The translations under genes and the position numbers were made by a program. Under the pieces are notes generated by a model. That model was not told where the DNA came from. It saw only the letters and a program-made list of their open reading frames with translations, and did no database searches. 62,215 bases of DNA from Candidatus Nomurabacteria bacterium (lineage in GTDB: Bacteria; Patescibacteriota; Minisyncoccia; Phycocordibacterales; UBA9973): positions 1-62,215 of the forward strand of contig JADZEV010000003.1 in assembly GCA_020850295.1 (NCBI GenBank), read 5' to 3'. Positions 52,643 to 62,081 of this stretch are shown here, one piece after another (position 1 is the stretch's first letter; each line of letters starts with the position of its first letter).

Positions 52643-53428
52643 TTAAATAAACATACGAAATATAAATCTCAAAATAAGTAGCAAAATCAAGAAAAAAGCT
52701 GCATAGAACATCAAAACACTGCCGAACAATGAGGCTAAGGCTGTAGAGTATATCAAGGTCACATAATCCATCGGGTTGTCTAATTCGGCCTTTTCTAGGC
52801 CCTCTACATTTTCAGAACTCTTCTCTTCTGTAGCTATAGTGGGAGCCATGTTGGCAAAATCAGGAGTTAGATTTTGTAGAGCATCCTCACTTATTTTTAT
52901 ACCTAACTTCATCTTTGTAGAATCTCTAAGGTTTGTAAAGTAGATAGCTTGTTTTTTCCTAAATACTTCTATCTTTTCTTTTAGAGAATAAAAAATCTCT
53001 CTTAACTTACCTTCCGGCATAGAGAGGTTTTTATTTTTATCAACACTTTTACCTATCAAAACTGATCCAACTAACCCATGTAGCCCAACAAGATCTTGTC
53101 TTTGTTTGTTGATAGCGGAAGTAATAGATACATTTATCTGCGTTTGTTCTTCTGACTGTTTAAAGTCAACAGATACCGTCTCTGCTGCCAAAGAGTTAAC
53201 GACCTTAACCACTGGTTTAGCCACCAATGAATCACCTTCTTTAAACTCTATGGTGAAGGTTATGGATTCTGGTTGATTATTGTAAATTAAAGCATTTATT
53301 TTAACAGGAGTATTTATCTCTGCGTCTTTTGGGGAGACAAAAACATTCTCTTTTGGCAAAGATCCAATAGCAAAAACATTTTCGAAAGAAAAAATAAATA
53401 ACAAAAAAATAAATATTATTTTTTTCAT
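52643..53428 (-). CDS. hypothetical secreted protein with C-terminal TM anchor
   Basis: Signal peptide, beta-rich N-terminal half, C-terminal TM helix. No family recognised. Confidence 0.55.
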   Translation of the reverse strand: MKKIIFIFLLFIFSFENVFAIGSLPKENVFVSPKDAEINTPVKINALIYNNQPESITFTIEFKEGDSLVAKPVVKVVNSLAAETVSVDFKQSEEQTQINVSITSAINKQRQDLVGLHGLVGSVLIGKSVDKNKNLSMPEGKLREIFYSLKEKIEVFRKKQAIYFTNLRDSTKMKLGIKISEDALQNLTPDFANMAPTIATEEKSSENVEGLEKAELDNPMDYVTLIYSTALASLFGSVLMFYAAFFLILLLILRFIFRMFI

Positions 53429-53476
53429 ATTATATTTAGATTATACATCTGTATATCTGAACATGCTAGAAGAGTT

Positions 53477-54088
53477 TTACCTACCCAAGAAAAAGAACCC
53501 GTGCAAAACCGCTATAAAGTTTAAAACTGAGTGCGACAAAGATATCAAGATCAGATTTGGGTAATATCTATATATCACAGATAGTGCCAAACCTGAGAAA
53601 AATGCGACCGGAAGCATTATTCCTGGGAAAGGATAGATAACATGCAAAAGAGTAAATAAAACAGTATTAGCCCCTATAACAACCCACCATTTATTTGTTA
53701 AAACTTGGAGCTTTGGAAACAGAAAACCTCTATAAGCTATCTCTTGCAAGAGCGATACTGGTAAAAATAGAAAAAGAAAATGAGAATATTGCCACCAGAC
53801 TATATTTGGATTTATAGCCAAAACATCTGAGAGTTTTACAAAGATAAAAGCCCCTACTAAAGTGAACAACGAGTAAGGTATTAAAGATTTTTTAAAAGTT
53901 TTATTTTTAAGTCCCATTTTTTCATCTGGGATTTTTTCATATTGAATAACTCCAAACATGAAAATCATAGACACGCAAAGTACAACCAACCTCCAACTTA
54001 TCGGCACAATCCCAAATGTTAAAAGTGCTATAGGCAATATAAAAATAAAAAATATTTGATATAAAACTAATTCTTTATCGTGGTTCAT
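53477..54088 (-). CDS. CPBP family intramembrane glutamic endopeptidase (CAAX protease-like)
   Basis: LLQEIAYRGFLF (EExxxR-type), FTLLHV, SHSVLN. Confidence 0.7.
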   Translation of the reverse strand: MNHDKELVLYQIFFIFILPIALLTFGIVPISWRLVVLCVSMIFMFGVIQYEKIPDEKMGLKNKTFKKSLIPYSLFTLVGAFIFVKLSDVLAINPNIVWWQYSHFLFLFLPVSLLQEIAYRGFLFPKLQVLTNKWWVVIGANTVLFTLLHVIYPFPGIMLPVAFFSGLALSVIYRYYPNLILISLSHSVLNFIAVLHGFFFLGR

Positions 54089-54093
54089 AAAAT

Positions 54094-54558
54094 CTATTTA
54101 CCCATGTTAGTTATAAATTCAAAATGTTCTTTGGAAACTGGTTGTATTGAAAGCCTACTGCCCTTTTGAGCAACCATTATTCCTTTAAGTTTGGGCTCAA
54201 ATTTTATTTGAGATAATGTAACAGGTTTTTTAAACTTCGACACAAAAGACACATCTACTAATATCCATGTGGGATTTTCCTTTTTTGATTTAGCATCATA
54301 GTGATCATCCTTTTTATCAAAAGCAGTCATATCTGCATGAGGCTTTGAAGAAACTTTAGCCGTGCCATAAACACCAGTCGGATTTTCTTTTGTCCCGTTT
54401 GAATGATAAAAAAGGACTTTGTCTCCAACCTTTATGCTATCTCTCATAAAATTTCTAGCTTGAAAGTTTCTAATCCCGCTCCAAGGAGTTTTCTTGTCTT
54501 TCTTTAGGTCGTCAATACTATAACAATCCCCTTCACTTTTTATAAGCCAATGGTTCAT
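54094..54558 (-). CDS. EVE (PUA-like) domain protein
   Basis: HWLIKSEGDCYSIDDL......W.GIRNFQARNFMRD.IKVGDKVLFYHSN. Confidence 0.75.
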   Translation of the reverse strand: MNHWLIKSEGDCYSIDDLKKDKKTPWSGIRNFQARNFMRDSIKVGDKVLFYHSNGTKENPTGVYGTAKVSSKPHADMTAFDKKDDHYDAKSKKENPTWILVDVSFVSKFKKPVTLSQIKFEPKLKGIMVAQKGSRLSIQPVSKEHFEFITNMGK

Positions 54559-55082
54559 TATTTTACAAGTTTATCACTAAAGTCTTTTTGGAGTTTTTCA
54601 AGTTTTGGACTTATGACTAAAGTACAATAAGCTTGATTTGAATTACGGAAATAATACTCCCTATGATATTCCTCAGCTTCAAAAAATTCTGTAGCGGGAA
54701 CAATTTCGGTAACAATAGGATCATTAAAATTCTTTTGTGCTTCCTTAATTGATTCTTTTGCTATTTCTTCTTGATCTGGTGTTGTAAAAAATATCGCACT
54801 ACGATACTGGGTACCGACATCGTTTCCTTGTCTATTTAAAGTTGTCGGTACATGAGTCGCAAAAAATATTTCTAACAAATCTGAAAGTTTTAAGATGTTT
54901 TCATCATAAACAACCTTTACTGCCTCAGCATGTCCTGTCTCTCCGGTACAAATCTGTTCATAAGTTGGATTTGGAACACTTCCGCCTATATAACCAGGCA
55001 TTACCTCAGAAACACCTTTAAGGCTCTTAAAAACTGCTTCAGTACACCAAAAACATCCACCTGCTAAATAAATAGTTTGCAT
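54558..55082 (-). CDS. msrA: peptide-methionine (S)-S-oxide reductase
   Basis: GGCFWC, GHAEAV, DVGTQYRS. TGaTATAAT ends 6 nt before the ATG. Confidence 0.93.
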   Translation of the reverse strand: MQTIYLAGGCFWCTEAVFKSLKGVSEVMPGYIGGSVPNPTYEQICTGETGHAEAVKVVYDENILKLSDLLEIFFATHVPTTLNRQGNDVGTQYRSAIFFTTPDQEEIAKESIKEAQKNFNDPIVTEIVPATEFFEAEEYHREYYFRNSNQAYCTLVISPKLEKLQKDFSDKLVK

Positions 55083-55147
55083 AATAATATTATATCACTA
55101 TTGACTTTTTTTATAAAAATGATAAGTTTTTATAAAATTTTAACAAC

Positions 55148-55480
55148 ATGATAAATAGTGATTTAACAAAATCTTTAAAAATTTGTTTCAGCTTAAGAAA
55201 CATAAACCTTTTGATGAAGCAATTTGTTCCCAAGAAAGAGCTTGCTAATTTTCATAAAGAATTAAATGACTGCTTTCCTAAGGAAAAAGACCTGGTTTCT
55301 AAAACAAAAAATATCTTGTTTAGAAAGGAAGATTTGAAAATTTTACAAACAAAAACTTCTGATTTTGCAAATTGTTTAAAGAAAACCATACAAAATAATC
55401 CTGAACAAAACATTCATTTATTAAAGATTCTTTACGAACTCACAAAACAGAATGATTTTTTGTTGGCAGAAATTTATTAA
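55148..55480 (+). CDS. hypothetical protein
   Basis: 110-codon ORF with its own strong terminator. No family recognised. Confidence 0.5.
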   Translation: MINSDLTKSLKICFSLRNINLLMKQFVPKKELANFHKELNDCFPKEKDLVSKTKNILFRKEDLKILQTKTSDFANCLKKTIQNNPEQNIHLLKILYELTKQNDFLLAEIY

Positions 55481-55513
55481 AATCTTGGTGAGATTAATCT
55501 CACCAAGATTTTT
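55481..55513. terminator. bidirectional terminator (13-bp perfect stem)
   Basis: AATCTTGGTGAGA-ttaa-TCTCACCAAGATT followed by T run. Confidence 0.85.
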
Positions 55514-56045
55514 ATTTTATAAGCTTAAATGTGATCTTGCTTGGAACTACAAACTTTGATTCATCTACTGTCCAAGGAGAACAGTTATAGTCTCCTACCT
55601 TATCCGTATCCCAAACATAAGTTCCTGACATTTGAGTACTGACAGATCCTGGTTCTTGTTTTATATTTGCTACCTTGATAGCTGCTTGAGGAAACATATC
55701 ACTCCATATGTATATAAAATCTTTCTTAACAAGCACAGAGCTGTCTATGGACATGCCTTCAGCTACAGTAGTGAAATCACCTCGAATTTCTCCGTTGTTT
55801 ATAAAAGCCTTTCCGTTAGAACCAAAATCATCCATTGAGCTAACACTGCACTCGTATGAGCCATCTTCTTTTTTAACAAAATCAGAAAAAGACATTTTCT
55901 TTGATTGTGTCTGTTCTTCTGTTACCACATTCTCTTCTTTTACAGTTTGAAAATCATCAGGCTTGTACTCTTTTTTACTAACAAAATAATAAATCCCAAA
56001 AGCACTTACACCTATAACCAAAATCCAAATAATTGTTTTTATCAT
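55512..56045 (-). CDS. hypothetical secreted/membrane-anchored protein
   Basis: N-terminal TM helix. TATAAT ends 6 nt before the ATG. No family recognised. Confidence 0.55.
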   Translation of the reverse strand: MIKTIIWILVIGVSAFGIYYFVSKKEYKPDDFQTVKEENVVTEEQTQSKKMSFSDFVKKEDGSYECSVSSMDDFGSNGKAFINNGEIRGDFTTVAEGMSIDSSVLVKKDFIYIWSDMFPQAAIKVANIKQEPGSVSTQMSGTYVWDTDKVGDYNCSPWTVDESKFVVPSKITFKLIK

Positions 56046-56068
56046 AAATAAATTATAACTTAAAAAAT

Positions 56069-56095
56069 AAAAACATCTGTGGATTAGATGTTTTT
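56069..56095. terminator. bidirectional terminator
   Basis: AAAAACATCT / AGATGTTTTT 10-bp stem. Confidence 0.7.
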
Positions 56096-56102
56096 ATTTT
56101 TA

Positions 56103-56174
56103 TTATTTTACTTTTGTAACTGCTTTTTTTGGTTTTTTTGTTTCTTTCCTGCGACTATCATTGCCCTTGGCCAT
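56103..56174 (-). CDS. candidate 23-aa Lys-rich micro-ORF (may instead be a small RNA)
   Basis: MAKGNDSRRKETKKPKKAVTKVK. It has its own TGaTATAAT (56217-56209) and its own terminator (56095-56069). Confidence 0.3.
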   Translation of the reverse strand: MAKGNDSRRKETKKPKKAVTKVK

Positions 56175-56225
56175 ATAATTCTTAAATCTATTATTCTTTT
56201 ATGAAAATATTATATCAGTAAAATA

Positions 56226-56888
56226 TTAGATTTTCCTATCTCTTTCTTTTGGAGTACTGTTCCAAACCAATATCTCCCATTTTGCTTTTCTTAGAAATCT
56301 AGGTTGCCTTGTGCAAATAGTAAGCCCGGCATTGTCCATAGGGTTAAGGAAGCTGAGTTTGTTATATTCTGAGGCGGTAAGTTTATCTCCTTCAATGATG
56401 TAAGAAGCTACCATTTTTAGAAAAATGCCATGAGTTACCATTATTATTTGTCTTTCTCTTCTTCTTGATATGTATTTAAGTAAGGCTTTGGCTCGAGCTT
56501 TTAAATCAGTAAAGTTCTCTTCATCGGAATAACGCAAGTCATCCTCATGAAAACTTTTGTCTATCTTGTCTACTATAGATCGAGTTTCCCTTTCTTCGCC
56601 TGAGTGACCTATTATCTCTGAAGGATTCCTTCTCTCTACCAACAAATCACAATACTCAACTTTCATATTGAGCTCTTTAGCTATGATGGCTGCGGTTTCT
56701 TTTGTTCTTTGGAAAGGGCTAGAAATAATAACTTTTGGCCTCCCTCTTTTTTTGGGAAATCTTTTAGAAACTTCTTTTACTTGTTCTATTCCTTTTGGGC
56801 TAAGCGGTCCATCAGGGCCTTGCCTTATTCCCCTAGCATTGAGCTCTGTTTCCCCATGTCTAACAAAATAAATAACCTGTTTTCTCAT
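56226..56888 (-). CDS. histidine phosphatase family protein (phosphoglycerate mutase-like)
   Basis: YFVRHGETELN (RHG motif), and a downstream H in VTHG. Confidence 0.8.
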   Translation of the reverse strand: MRKQVIYFVRHGETELNARGIRQGPDGPLSPKGIEQVKEVSKRFPKKRGRPKVIISSPFQRTKETAAIIAKELNMKVEYCDLLVERRNPSEIIGHSGEERETRSIVDKIDKSFHEDDLRYSDEENFTDLKARAKALLKYISRRRERQIIMVTHGIFLKMVASYIIEGDKLTASEYNKLSFLNPMDNAGLTICTRQPRFLRKAKWEILVWNSTPKERDRKI

Positions 56889-56938
56889 ATAATTGATAAT
56901 TATACATTAATACTTTGTTCTGCTATACTCGCACCATT

Positions 56939-57721
56939 ATGGCTAGGCAAAAGAAAAAAATATTTTACCGCTCACCAAAAGGACCAAAGCCTTTGGATAA
57001 ACAAAAGCCAAAAGATGCTTCAACCTTACCAGAAGGTCAAGAGCGTCTCGAAAAAGCCATAGCCCACATGGGCCTGGCTTCGCGCAGAGAAGCAAAAATG
57101 TTGATCAAAGAAGGCAAAGTACTTGTTAATAACAAGGTTGTCCGAGAAACAGGATTTGGCATAGTTTTAGGGAAAGATAAAATAAATCTTAAAGAAGATG
57201 CTTCTGGTACAAAAGAAGCTGTTTTGTATTTCAAGCCAAGAGGTATAGAAACTAGTAAAACTTCAGGAACTAATACAGATATACATGAAAAGCTTCCAAC
57301 ACTAAAACACCTCTCTCCTATAGGAAGATTAGACAAAGAATCAGATGGACTCATTATTCTTTCAAACGATGGCACCCTAACAAAAGCTTTAACAAAAGAA
57401 AACTCAAGTATAGAAAAAGAATATCTCGTTTTAGTTAGAGAAAATATCACACCTGAAGCTATTTCGAAACTCTCTTCTGGTATCTTTTTAGACAAAGTAA
57501 AAACCAAACCTGCAAAAGTCAAAAAGGTTTCAAAGTCTTCGTTTACCATTATTTTAAAAGAAGGTAGAAAGCATCAAATCAGAAGAATGTGTGATGCTTG
57601 TCGACTGACAATACTTTCTTTAACCAGAATACGAATAGGTCATCTAAAGATCGGTTCTATGAAGCCTGGTTTTGTTAAAAGAATTCAAGAAAAAGATATA
57701 AATATATTAAAAAATAGTTAA
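56939..57721 (+). CDS. pseudouridine synthase, RsuA/RluB family
   Basis: S4 domain (RLEKAIAHMGLASRREAKMLIKEGKV) and catalytic GRLDKESDGLIILSNDG. TGcTATACT ends 9 nt before the ATG at 56939. Confidence 0.85.
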   Translation: MARQKKKIFYRSPKGPKPLDKQKPKDASTLPEGQERLEKAIAHMGLASRREAKMLIKEGKVLVNNKVVRETGFGIVLGKDKINLKEDASGTKEAVLYFKPRGIETSKTSGTNTDIHEKLPTLKHLSPIGRLDKESDGLIILSNDGTLTKALTKENSSIEKEYLVLVRENITPEAISKLSSGIFLDKVKTKPAKVKKVSKSSFTIILKEGRKHQIRRMCDACRLTILSLTRIRIGHLKIGSMKPGFVKRIQEKDINILKNS

Positions 57722-57724
57722 ATT

Positions 57725-57752
57725 AAAAACCCGCCCATTAAGGCGGGTTTTT
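57725..57752. terminator. bidirectional terminator
   Basis: AAAAACCCGCC / GGCGGGTTTTT. Confidence 0.85.
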
Positions 57753-57754
57753 AA

Positions 57755-57994
57755 TTACATATTTGGAGTAGCACTTGGCATACTTCCACCTTTCATGTCG
57801 CAAGCTTTGCAAGTTTTCTTGTGAGAGAAAATCTCGTAAAGAGCTGAAAGTCCTACTAAGATATAAACTACCTTTGAAATAGGAGCAGACATTCCTCCGA
57901 AGATAGCACCTAAATCCCAGTTAAACAATCCTACTAGCAACCAGTTAAGACCACCGATAACTAGCAGAATAAAAGTGATTTTGTGTAATTTCAT
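57755..57994 (-). CDS. DUF378 small membrane protein
   Basis: LLVIGGLNWLLVGLFNWDL. Confidence 0.7.
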   Translation of the reverse strand: MKLHKITFILLVIGGLNWLLVGLFNWDLGAIFGGMSAPISKVVYILVGLSALYEIFSHKKTCKACDMKGGSMPSATPNM

Positions 57995-58071
57995 AATATT
58001 TTTAATTTATAAACTAATAAGTCCTACATATAGTATTATACTATTTTCAAAATTTTTGTGATGTGCAAAAA

Positions 58072-58641
58072 CTATGCTGTTATTTCTTTCAAAAGTTCAG
58101 CTATTTTAGATTTTTTTAGAGCAGAATAAGGCAGTATTTTAGTCCCACCCAAAAGAGATTGTATATTTGTAAGTTGTTTTTTAAGCTCAGCATTTTTAAG
58201 CCTATCTATCTTGTTTACAGCAACTATAAAGTTTTTCCCATGGCCTTTTAACATTTCTAATATATCAAGATCGTCATTTGACGGACCAACCTTGGCATCT
58301 ATGATCAAGACTATAGTTTGCTTCCCTTCGTAAGAATAAGCGAGGTAGTCTTCTATCAAATCATGAAGTGTGTCCCTGCGACCTGATCCACCTTTTACAA
58401 AACCATAACCAGGCAAATCAACAATATAAAACTTATTATTGACCAAAAACATATTTAGATGTTTTGTAGCTCCTGGTGAACCACTTGTCTTGGCCAAACC
58501 TTTTACTTTAGTTAGCGCATTTATAGTGCTAGATTTTCCAACATTTGATCTACCAATAAAAGCCACATGAGGTAACCCATCTTCAAAAACACCGTTTATT
58601 GTCGGGCTTCCTTTTATAAAAACTGCGCTCTTAATTTCCAT
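58072..58641 (-). CDS. engB: ribosome biogenesis GTP-binding protein YsxC/EngB
   Basis: GRSNVGKSSTINAL, DLPGYG, NKID. TGtTAGTAT ends 6 nt before the ATG. Confidence 0.9.
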   Translation of the reverse strand: MEIKSAVFIKGSPTINGVFEDGLPHVAFIGRSNVGKSSTINALTKVKGLAKTSGSPGATKHLNMFLVNNKFYIVDLPGYGFVKGGSGRRDTLHDLIEDYLAYSYEGKQTIVLIIDAKVGPSNDDLDILEMLKGHGKNFIVAVNKIDRLKNAELKKQLTNIQSLLGGTKILPYSALKKSKIAELLKEITA

Positions 58642-58655
58642 GATTTGATACTAAC

Positions 58656-58683
58656 AAAAAAATGGTCCGAAGACCATTTTTTT
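58656..58683. terminator. bidirectional terminator
   Basis: AAAAAAATGGTC-cgaa-GACCATTTTTTT. Confidence 0.8.
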
Positions 58684-58688
58684 GAAAA

Positions 58689-58874
58689 CTATTTGAGACT
58701 ATCAGCAGTTTCTTTGTTCATAAATTTGAACATATTTCCTCCACATGTAGAGCACTTACCTTTTGCTGAGTATCTATTGTTCTTCTCTGATACTACTATG
58801 TCTTTCATAACTTGCATTGTAGGTTTGTTATTAGCATCTCTACATTTCATACATAATCCTTTGATTTCTACCAT
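58689..58874 (-). CDS. small zinc-ribbon protein (DUF5679-like)
   Basis: CMKC...17 aa...KGKCSTCGGNMFKF. The family call is from memory. Confidence 0.45.
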   Translation of the reverse strand: MVEIKGLCMKCRDANNKPTMQVMKDIVVSEKNNRYSAKGKCSTCGGNMFKFMNKETADSLK

Positions 58875-58966
58875 ATATTTGTTGAGTTCTTAATTTATAT
58901 ATTTGTACAGGTGTAATTATAGCATATATCGCTATTTCGAACAATATTGTCAAGACTAGATCTAAT

Positions 58967-59581
58967 TTAAGCCTCCCATTCAACAGTTTTTAAAGATTGC
59001 CTTTCTATATTATCTGTTCGTCGTAGCTTCATCAAAACCTCCTTAGGCGCAATATCAAAATGCTTTATCTCTCCCAGCTTTTCATCTATCTGCCAAAGAT
59101 CTTCTTTGGAGTTTACCCAGGACTTGCCGAAATAATTTAGATTAAGAGGTCTTGAATAGCTTCTCAATGTTTTCATACCGCTATCTGTTGCATATTCATG
59201 AAAATAAGACATTACTAGCTCTCTAATACTCTTATAAACAGGGTCTCTATATCGAAGTATATAGTGGTTTGTTTTTGAGAGAGCACCCCAAAGACCGCTT
59301 TTGTCTTGAAAAGGTGTTATAACATGCTCAAAATCATTCTTTGTAGTTTGAAGGTGAAGGATAAGTGGCTTATAACCATGCAAAGACAATATATAAGCTC
59401 CTAAAATAGCACCCTCTATGCAATGAGCATTATTCTCTCGAATAACCCTGACTGGGGACTTAACTGTATCAACCCCATCTAACTCATGATTTATGGGTAT
59501 TTTGTTTAGAAAATCTTGAACTTTAGTTGGGGTATTTAATTTTTTGAAAATAGAAATTTCTTTTTCTGTAAAATCTATCAC
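58967..59581 (-). CDS. hypothetical protein, possible transglutaminase/papain-like fold
   Basis: The AHCIEGAILGAYIL ... FEHVI ... D arrangement suggests a Cys-His-Asp triad. Weak. Confidence 0.4.
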   Translation of the reverse strand: MIDFTEKEISIFKKLNTPTKVQDFLNKIPINHELDGVDTVKSPVRVIRENNAHCIEGAILGAYILSLHGYKPLILHLQTTKNDFEHVITPFQDKSGLWGALSKTNHYILRYRDPVYKSIRELVMSYFHEYATDSGMKTLRSYSRPLNLNYFGKSWVNSKEDLWQIDEKLGEIKHFDIAPKEVLMKLRRTDNIERQSLKTVEWEA

Positions 59582-59598
59582 TTTAATATTTTACTATA

Positions 59599-59877
59599 TT
59601 ATAGAATCTTAATAGAAACACTTACCTCATCCCCTTCTAGTAAGCCTTCTGATTTCCTAATGGAAGATTTGATACACAAGAGATATGATTTGGATTGACT
59701 GTGTGGAAAAAGAGATGTATTCCAGGTGCTTTTTCCTACTTTGGCTTCTATTTTAACAAAACCTTTTTTGTGTTTATTTTTTATTTTTTCTGATAATTTT
59801 TTATCAAGAGTAACGAAATGCCAACCTCCTAGTCCAGGATAAAGCCAGATTTTACTTTTGATTTTGATTAAAGCCAT
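59599..59877 (-). CDS. DUF1905 family protein
   Basis: GGWHFVTL......I........GFVKIEAKVG...W.TSLFP.....YLL.IK..IRK..GL..GD.V.V. Confidence 0.6.
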   Translation of the reverse strand: MALIKIKSKIWLYPGLGGWHFVTLDKKLSEKIKNKHKKGFVKIEAKVGKSTWNTSLFPHSQSKSYLLCIKSSIRKSEGLLEGDEVSVSIKIL

Positions 59878-59895
59878 TTTTTAATTATACATAAT

Positions 59896-59922
59896 AAAAA
59901 CCCTCTTTTTTAGAGGGTTTTT
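59896..59922 (-). terminator. intrinsic terminator
   Basis: AAAAACCCTCT / AGAGGGTTTTT. Confidence 0.8.
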
Positions 59923-59929
59923 ATTATTT

Positions 59930-60160
59930 TTATAAGCTCTTTATTTCTCCGTCTACTTCCATCAAGTCTGCGTCAGTGTTTGTGTCTACATTTATATAGT
60001 TCAAGTCTTCTTCTATAGAAGAGGTTGAATCAGATTGTGTTGTTCTATCTAGTTCCTGTGCTGGTGTCTCCATAACAGCATCTTTTTTCATAGAACCCTT
60101 CCAAAGAAAGAACCCTAGAACAAGAATAACGATAATAACAATGATTGTTTTTGTATTCAT
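59930..60160 (-). CDS. small membrane-anchored acidic protein
   Basis: 76 aa, N-terminal TM helix, D/E/T-rich tail. Confidence 0.5.
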   Translation of the reverse strand: MNTKTIIVIIVILVLGFFLWKGSMKKDAVMETPAQELDRTTQSDSTSSIEEDLNYINVDTNTDADLMEVDGEIKSL

Positions 60161-60177
60161 ATTTTTATTTTAAGTTA

Positions 60178-61188
60178 TTAATTAGTCTCAGCTTCGACAC
60201 TTACTTCTACCTCTGCATCAACACTTGGTACTTTCTTTAATGCATCTGCAGCTTTTTTTGTAGCGTCATAAGCAGCCTTTACTTTAAGCTTCATAGCTTG
60301 TAAGTCTTTTCTAAATTGGTTTCTTGTAGCTTCTAGTGCTGATTTTGCATTAGCGTCACTACTGATATTAGTTTCATAAACTTTTGCTACTTGTAAAGCA
60401 ATGGCAGCACGAGCATCCGCAATAGCTGTTTCAGCACTTACTATAGATGAAGCAACAGCGCTAACATTTTGACCATTTGCAGCAGCTTTATCAGATCTTG
60501 ATTCTATAGCTATTAAAACTGCTTCTATTTTATCTACTGTCAAAGACGCTTCTGTTGTTGCTTTTACATTTATTTCAGCAAAGTTATCTGAGATTTTTTC
60601 TACTCTTTCTCTCTTAGTATCATCTTTTATTTTTTTAAGATCTTCTTTAAAACTATTCTTCCATTCCTCTCGCTTAGCCTGCATCTCATCTTTCTTAGCT
60701 TCAAACTCTATCTTAAAAAGATCTCTCTTGTCTTGAATAGCTCCGATGATAGCATCTCTTTTTTCTCGAAGTAGATCCAAAAGATCATCTTTACCTTCTT
60801 TAAGAGCAGCTTTAAATTCATCTCTAGATTTTTCTATTTCTTCTCTTGTTTTTTCTCTTTCATCTTTCGCTTGAGCATTTAGCATTTTATAAGCATCAGC
60901 TGGCTTAATTTCACCGGCTTCTATCTTAGCTCTAGCATCCATTCGAAGCTTCATAATATCTTCGTTTCTTTGCTTTCGCATCTCTTCTTCCTTTTCAAGT
61001 CTTTCCTTTCGAAGAACTTCTTGTTGATCTCTAAGCTCTTTCAGGTCACCGTTAATTTCAATTTTAGTACCAGAATCAACTCTTATAGGAGGCATAGGAG
61101 CAAGATCAGTGTCTTCAGCCTGAGCTACAAAAGAAATTCCAAAAGCTAATAATAAGAATAAAATTCCATATTTGTTGTATTTTTTCAT
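60178..61188 (-). CDS. secreted K/E-rich coiled-coil protein
   Basis: Signal peptide, then about 300 aa of charged heptad-like sequence. Confidence 0.6.
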   Translation of the reverse strand: MKKYNKYGILFLLLAFGISFVAQAEDTDLAPMPPIRVDSGTKIEINGDLKELRDQQEVLRKERLEKEEEMRKQRNEDIMKLRMDARAKIEAGEIKPADAYKMLNAQAKDEREKTREEIEKSRDEFKAALKEGKDDLLDLLREKRDAIIGAIQDKRDLFKIEFEAKKDEMQAKREEWKNSFKEDLKKIKDDTKRERVEKISDNFAEINVKATTEASLTVDKIEAVLIAIESRSDKAAANGQNVSAVASSIVSAETAIADARAAIALQVAKVYETNISSDANAKSALEATRNQFRKDLQAMKLKVKAAYDATKKAADALKKVPSVDAEVEVSVEAETN

Positions 61189-61252
61189 AACAATATCATT
61201 ATACTACATATAAAAGGTAGCAAAGATATTTAATCCACAGATAGTTTTAAGC

Positions 61253-61723
61253 TTACTGACAGTCTGTTTGTTGAAGATTTATAGGGTAAGAAATGTTTTC
61301 AGGACTTGCATAAACATAAACACCGTCTCCTCTATCTTTCATTTCTCCAAATCCAGGCGAAGCTATGCCATCACTAAACTTTACATAAAGCTCTTCGGTA
61401 TTTATCACACCTTCACCGTTTGCTTGCCACAAAAGCTGTGCTGTTGGCAAAGACTCTCCTTCAAGGATCATAACAACACCATCAAAAGCTCCTTTCTTTG
61501 CATCTTTTTGATAAGGCTCAAAATTAAAAGTTCCAGAAACATTACCATTTTCTTCAAATGACATTCTTAAACTAGCACTATCTCCCGCTTCTGTGTTCCA
61601 GATATAACAAACTTCATTTTTAGGCTCTTGTTCATTAACAACCTCTTTTTTATCTTTGGTTAAACCTGCAAGTATTACTATAACTACCGCCACTGCCAAC
61701 AATATATATTTTGAATTTTTCAT
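61253..61723 (-). CDS. hypothetical secreted protein
   Basis: Signal anchor, and two Cys (near the N-terminus of the mature part and at the C-terminus). No family recognised. Confidence 0.55.
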   Translation of the reverse strand: MKNSKYILLAVAVVIVILAGLTKDKKEVVNEQEPKNEVCYIWNTEAGDSASLRMSFEENGNVSGTFNFEPYQKDAKKGAFDGVVMILEGESLPTAQLLWQANGEGVINTEELYVKFSDGIASPGFGEMKDRGDGVYVYASPENISYPINLQQTDCQ

Positions 61724-61741
61724 ATTGATATTTTATAATTT

Positions 61742-62080
61742 TTAATCACCTTTCTCAACAACAATTGCATCTATTACCTTCTTAGTTTGATTTGAAGTAT
61801 TTTTAGAAATAGTTCGAACTATCATCCTTAAAAGAGATAAAACAATAAAACTAACAACTAAAGATACCCAAAATAAAAACTTAAAAAATCCTGCTTGAAA
61901 ACCAAAGAGCTCTGTATAGCCAATAATAAAAAATATTCCGACTACCAAAAAGCAAACAATAACTGGTAACAAAAACAATCCCCAAAGAAAGCCTTTCGCC
62001 TGCTCTCCTGCAAAAACACTTGGATTTTCCCGAGCTTCATTAATATTTTTTCTAATCTGTAATAATTTAAACGGATTCAT
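61742..62080 (-). CDS. small 2-TM membrane protein
   Basis: 112 aa with two long hydrophobic helices. Confidence 0.55.
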   Translation of the reverse strand: MNPFKLLQIRKNINEARENPSVFAGEQAKGFLWGLFLLPVIVCFLVVGIFFIIGYTELFGFQAGFFKFLFWVSLVVSFIVLSLLRMIVRTISKNTSNQTKKVIDAIVVEKGD

Positions 62081-62081
62081 G

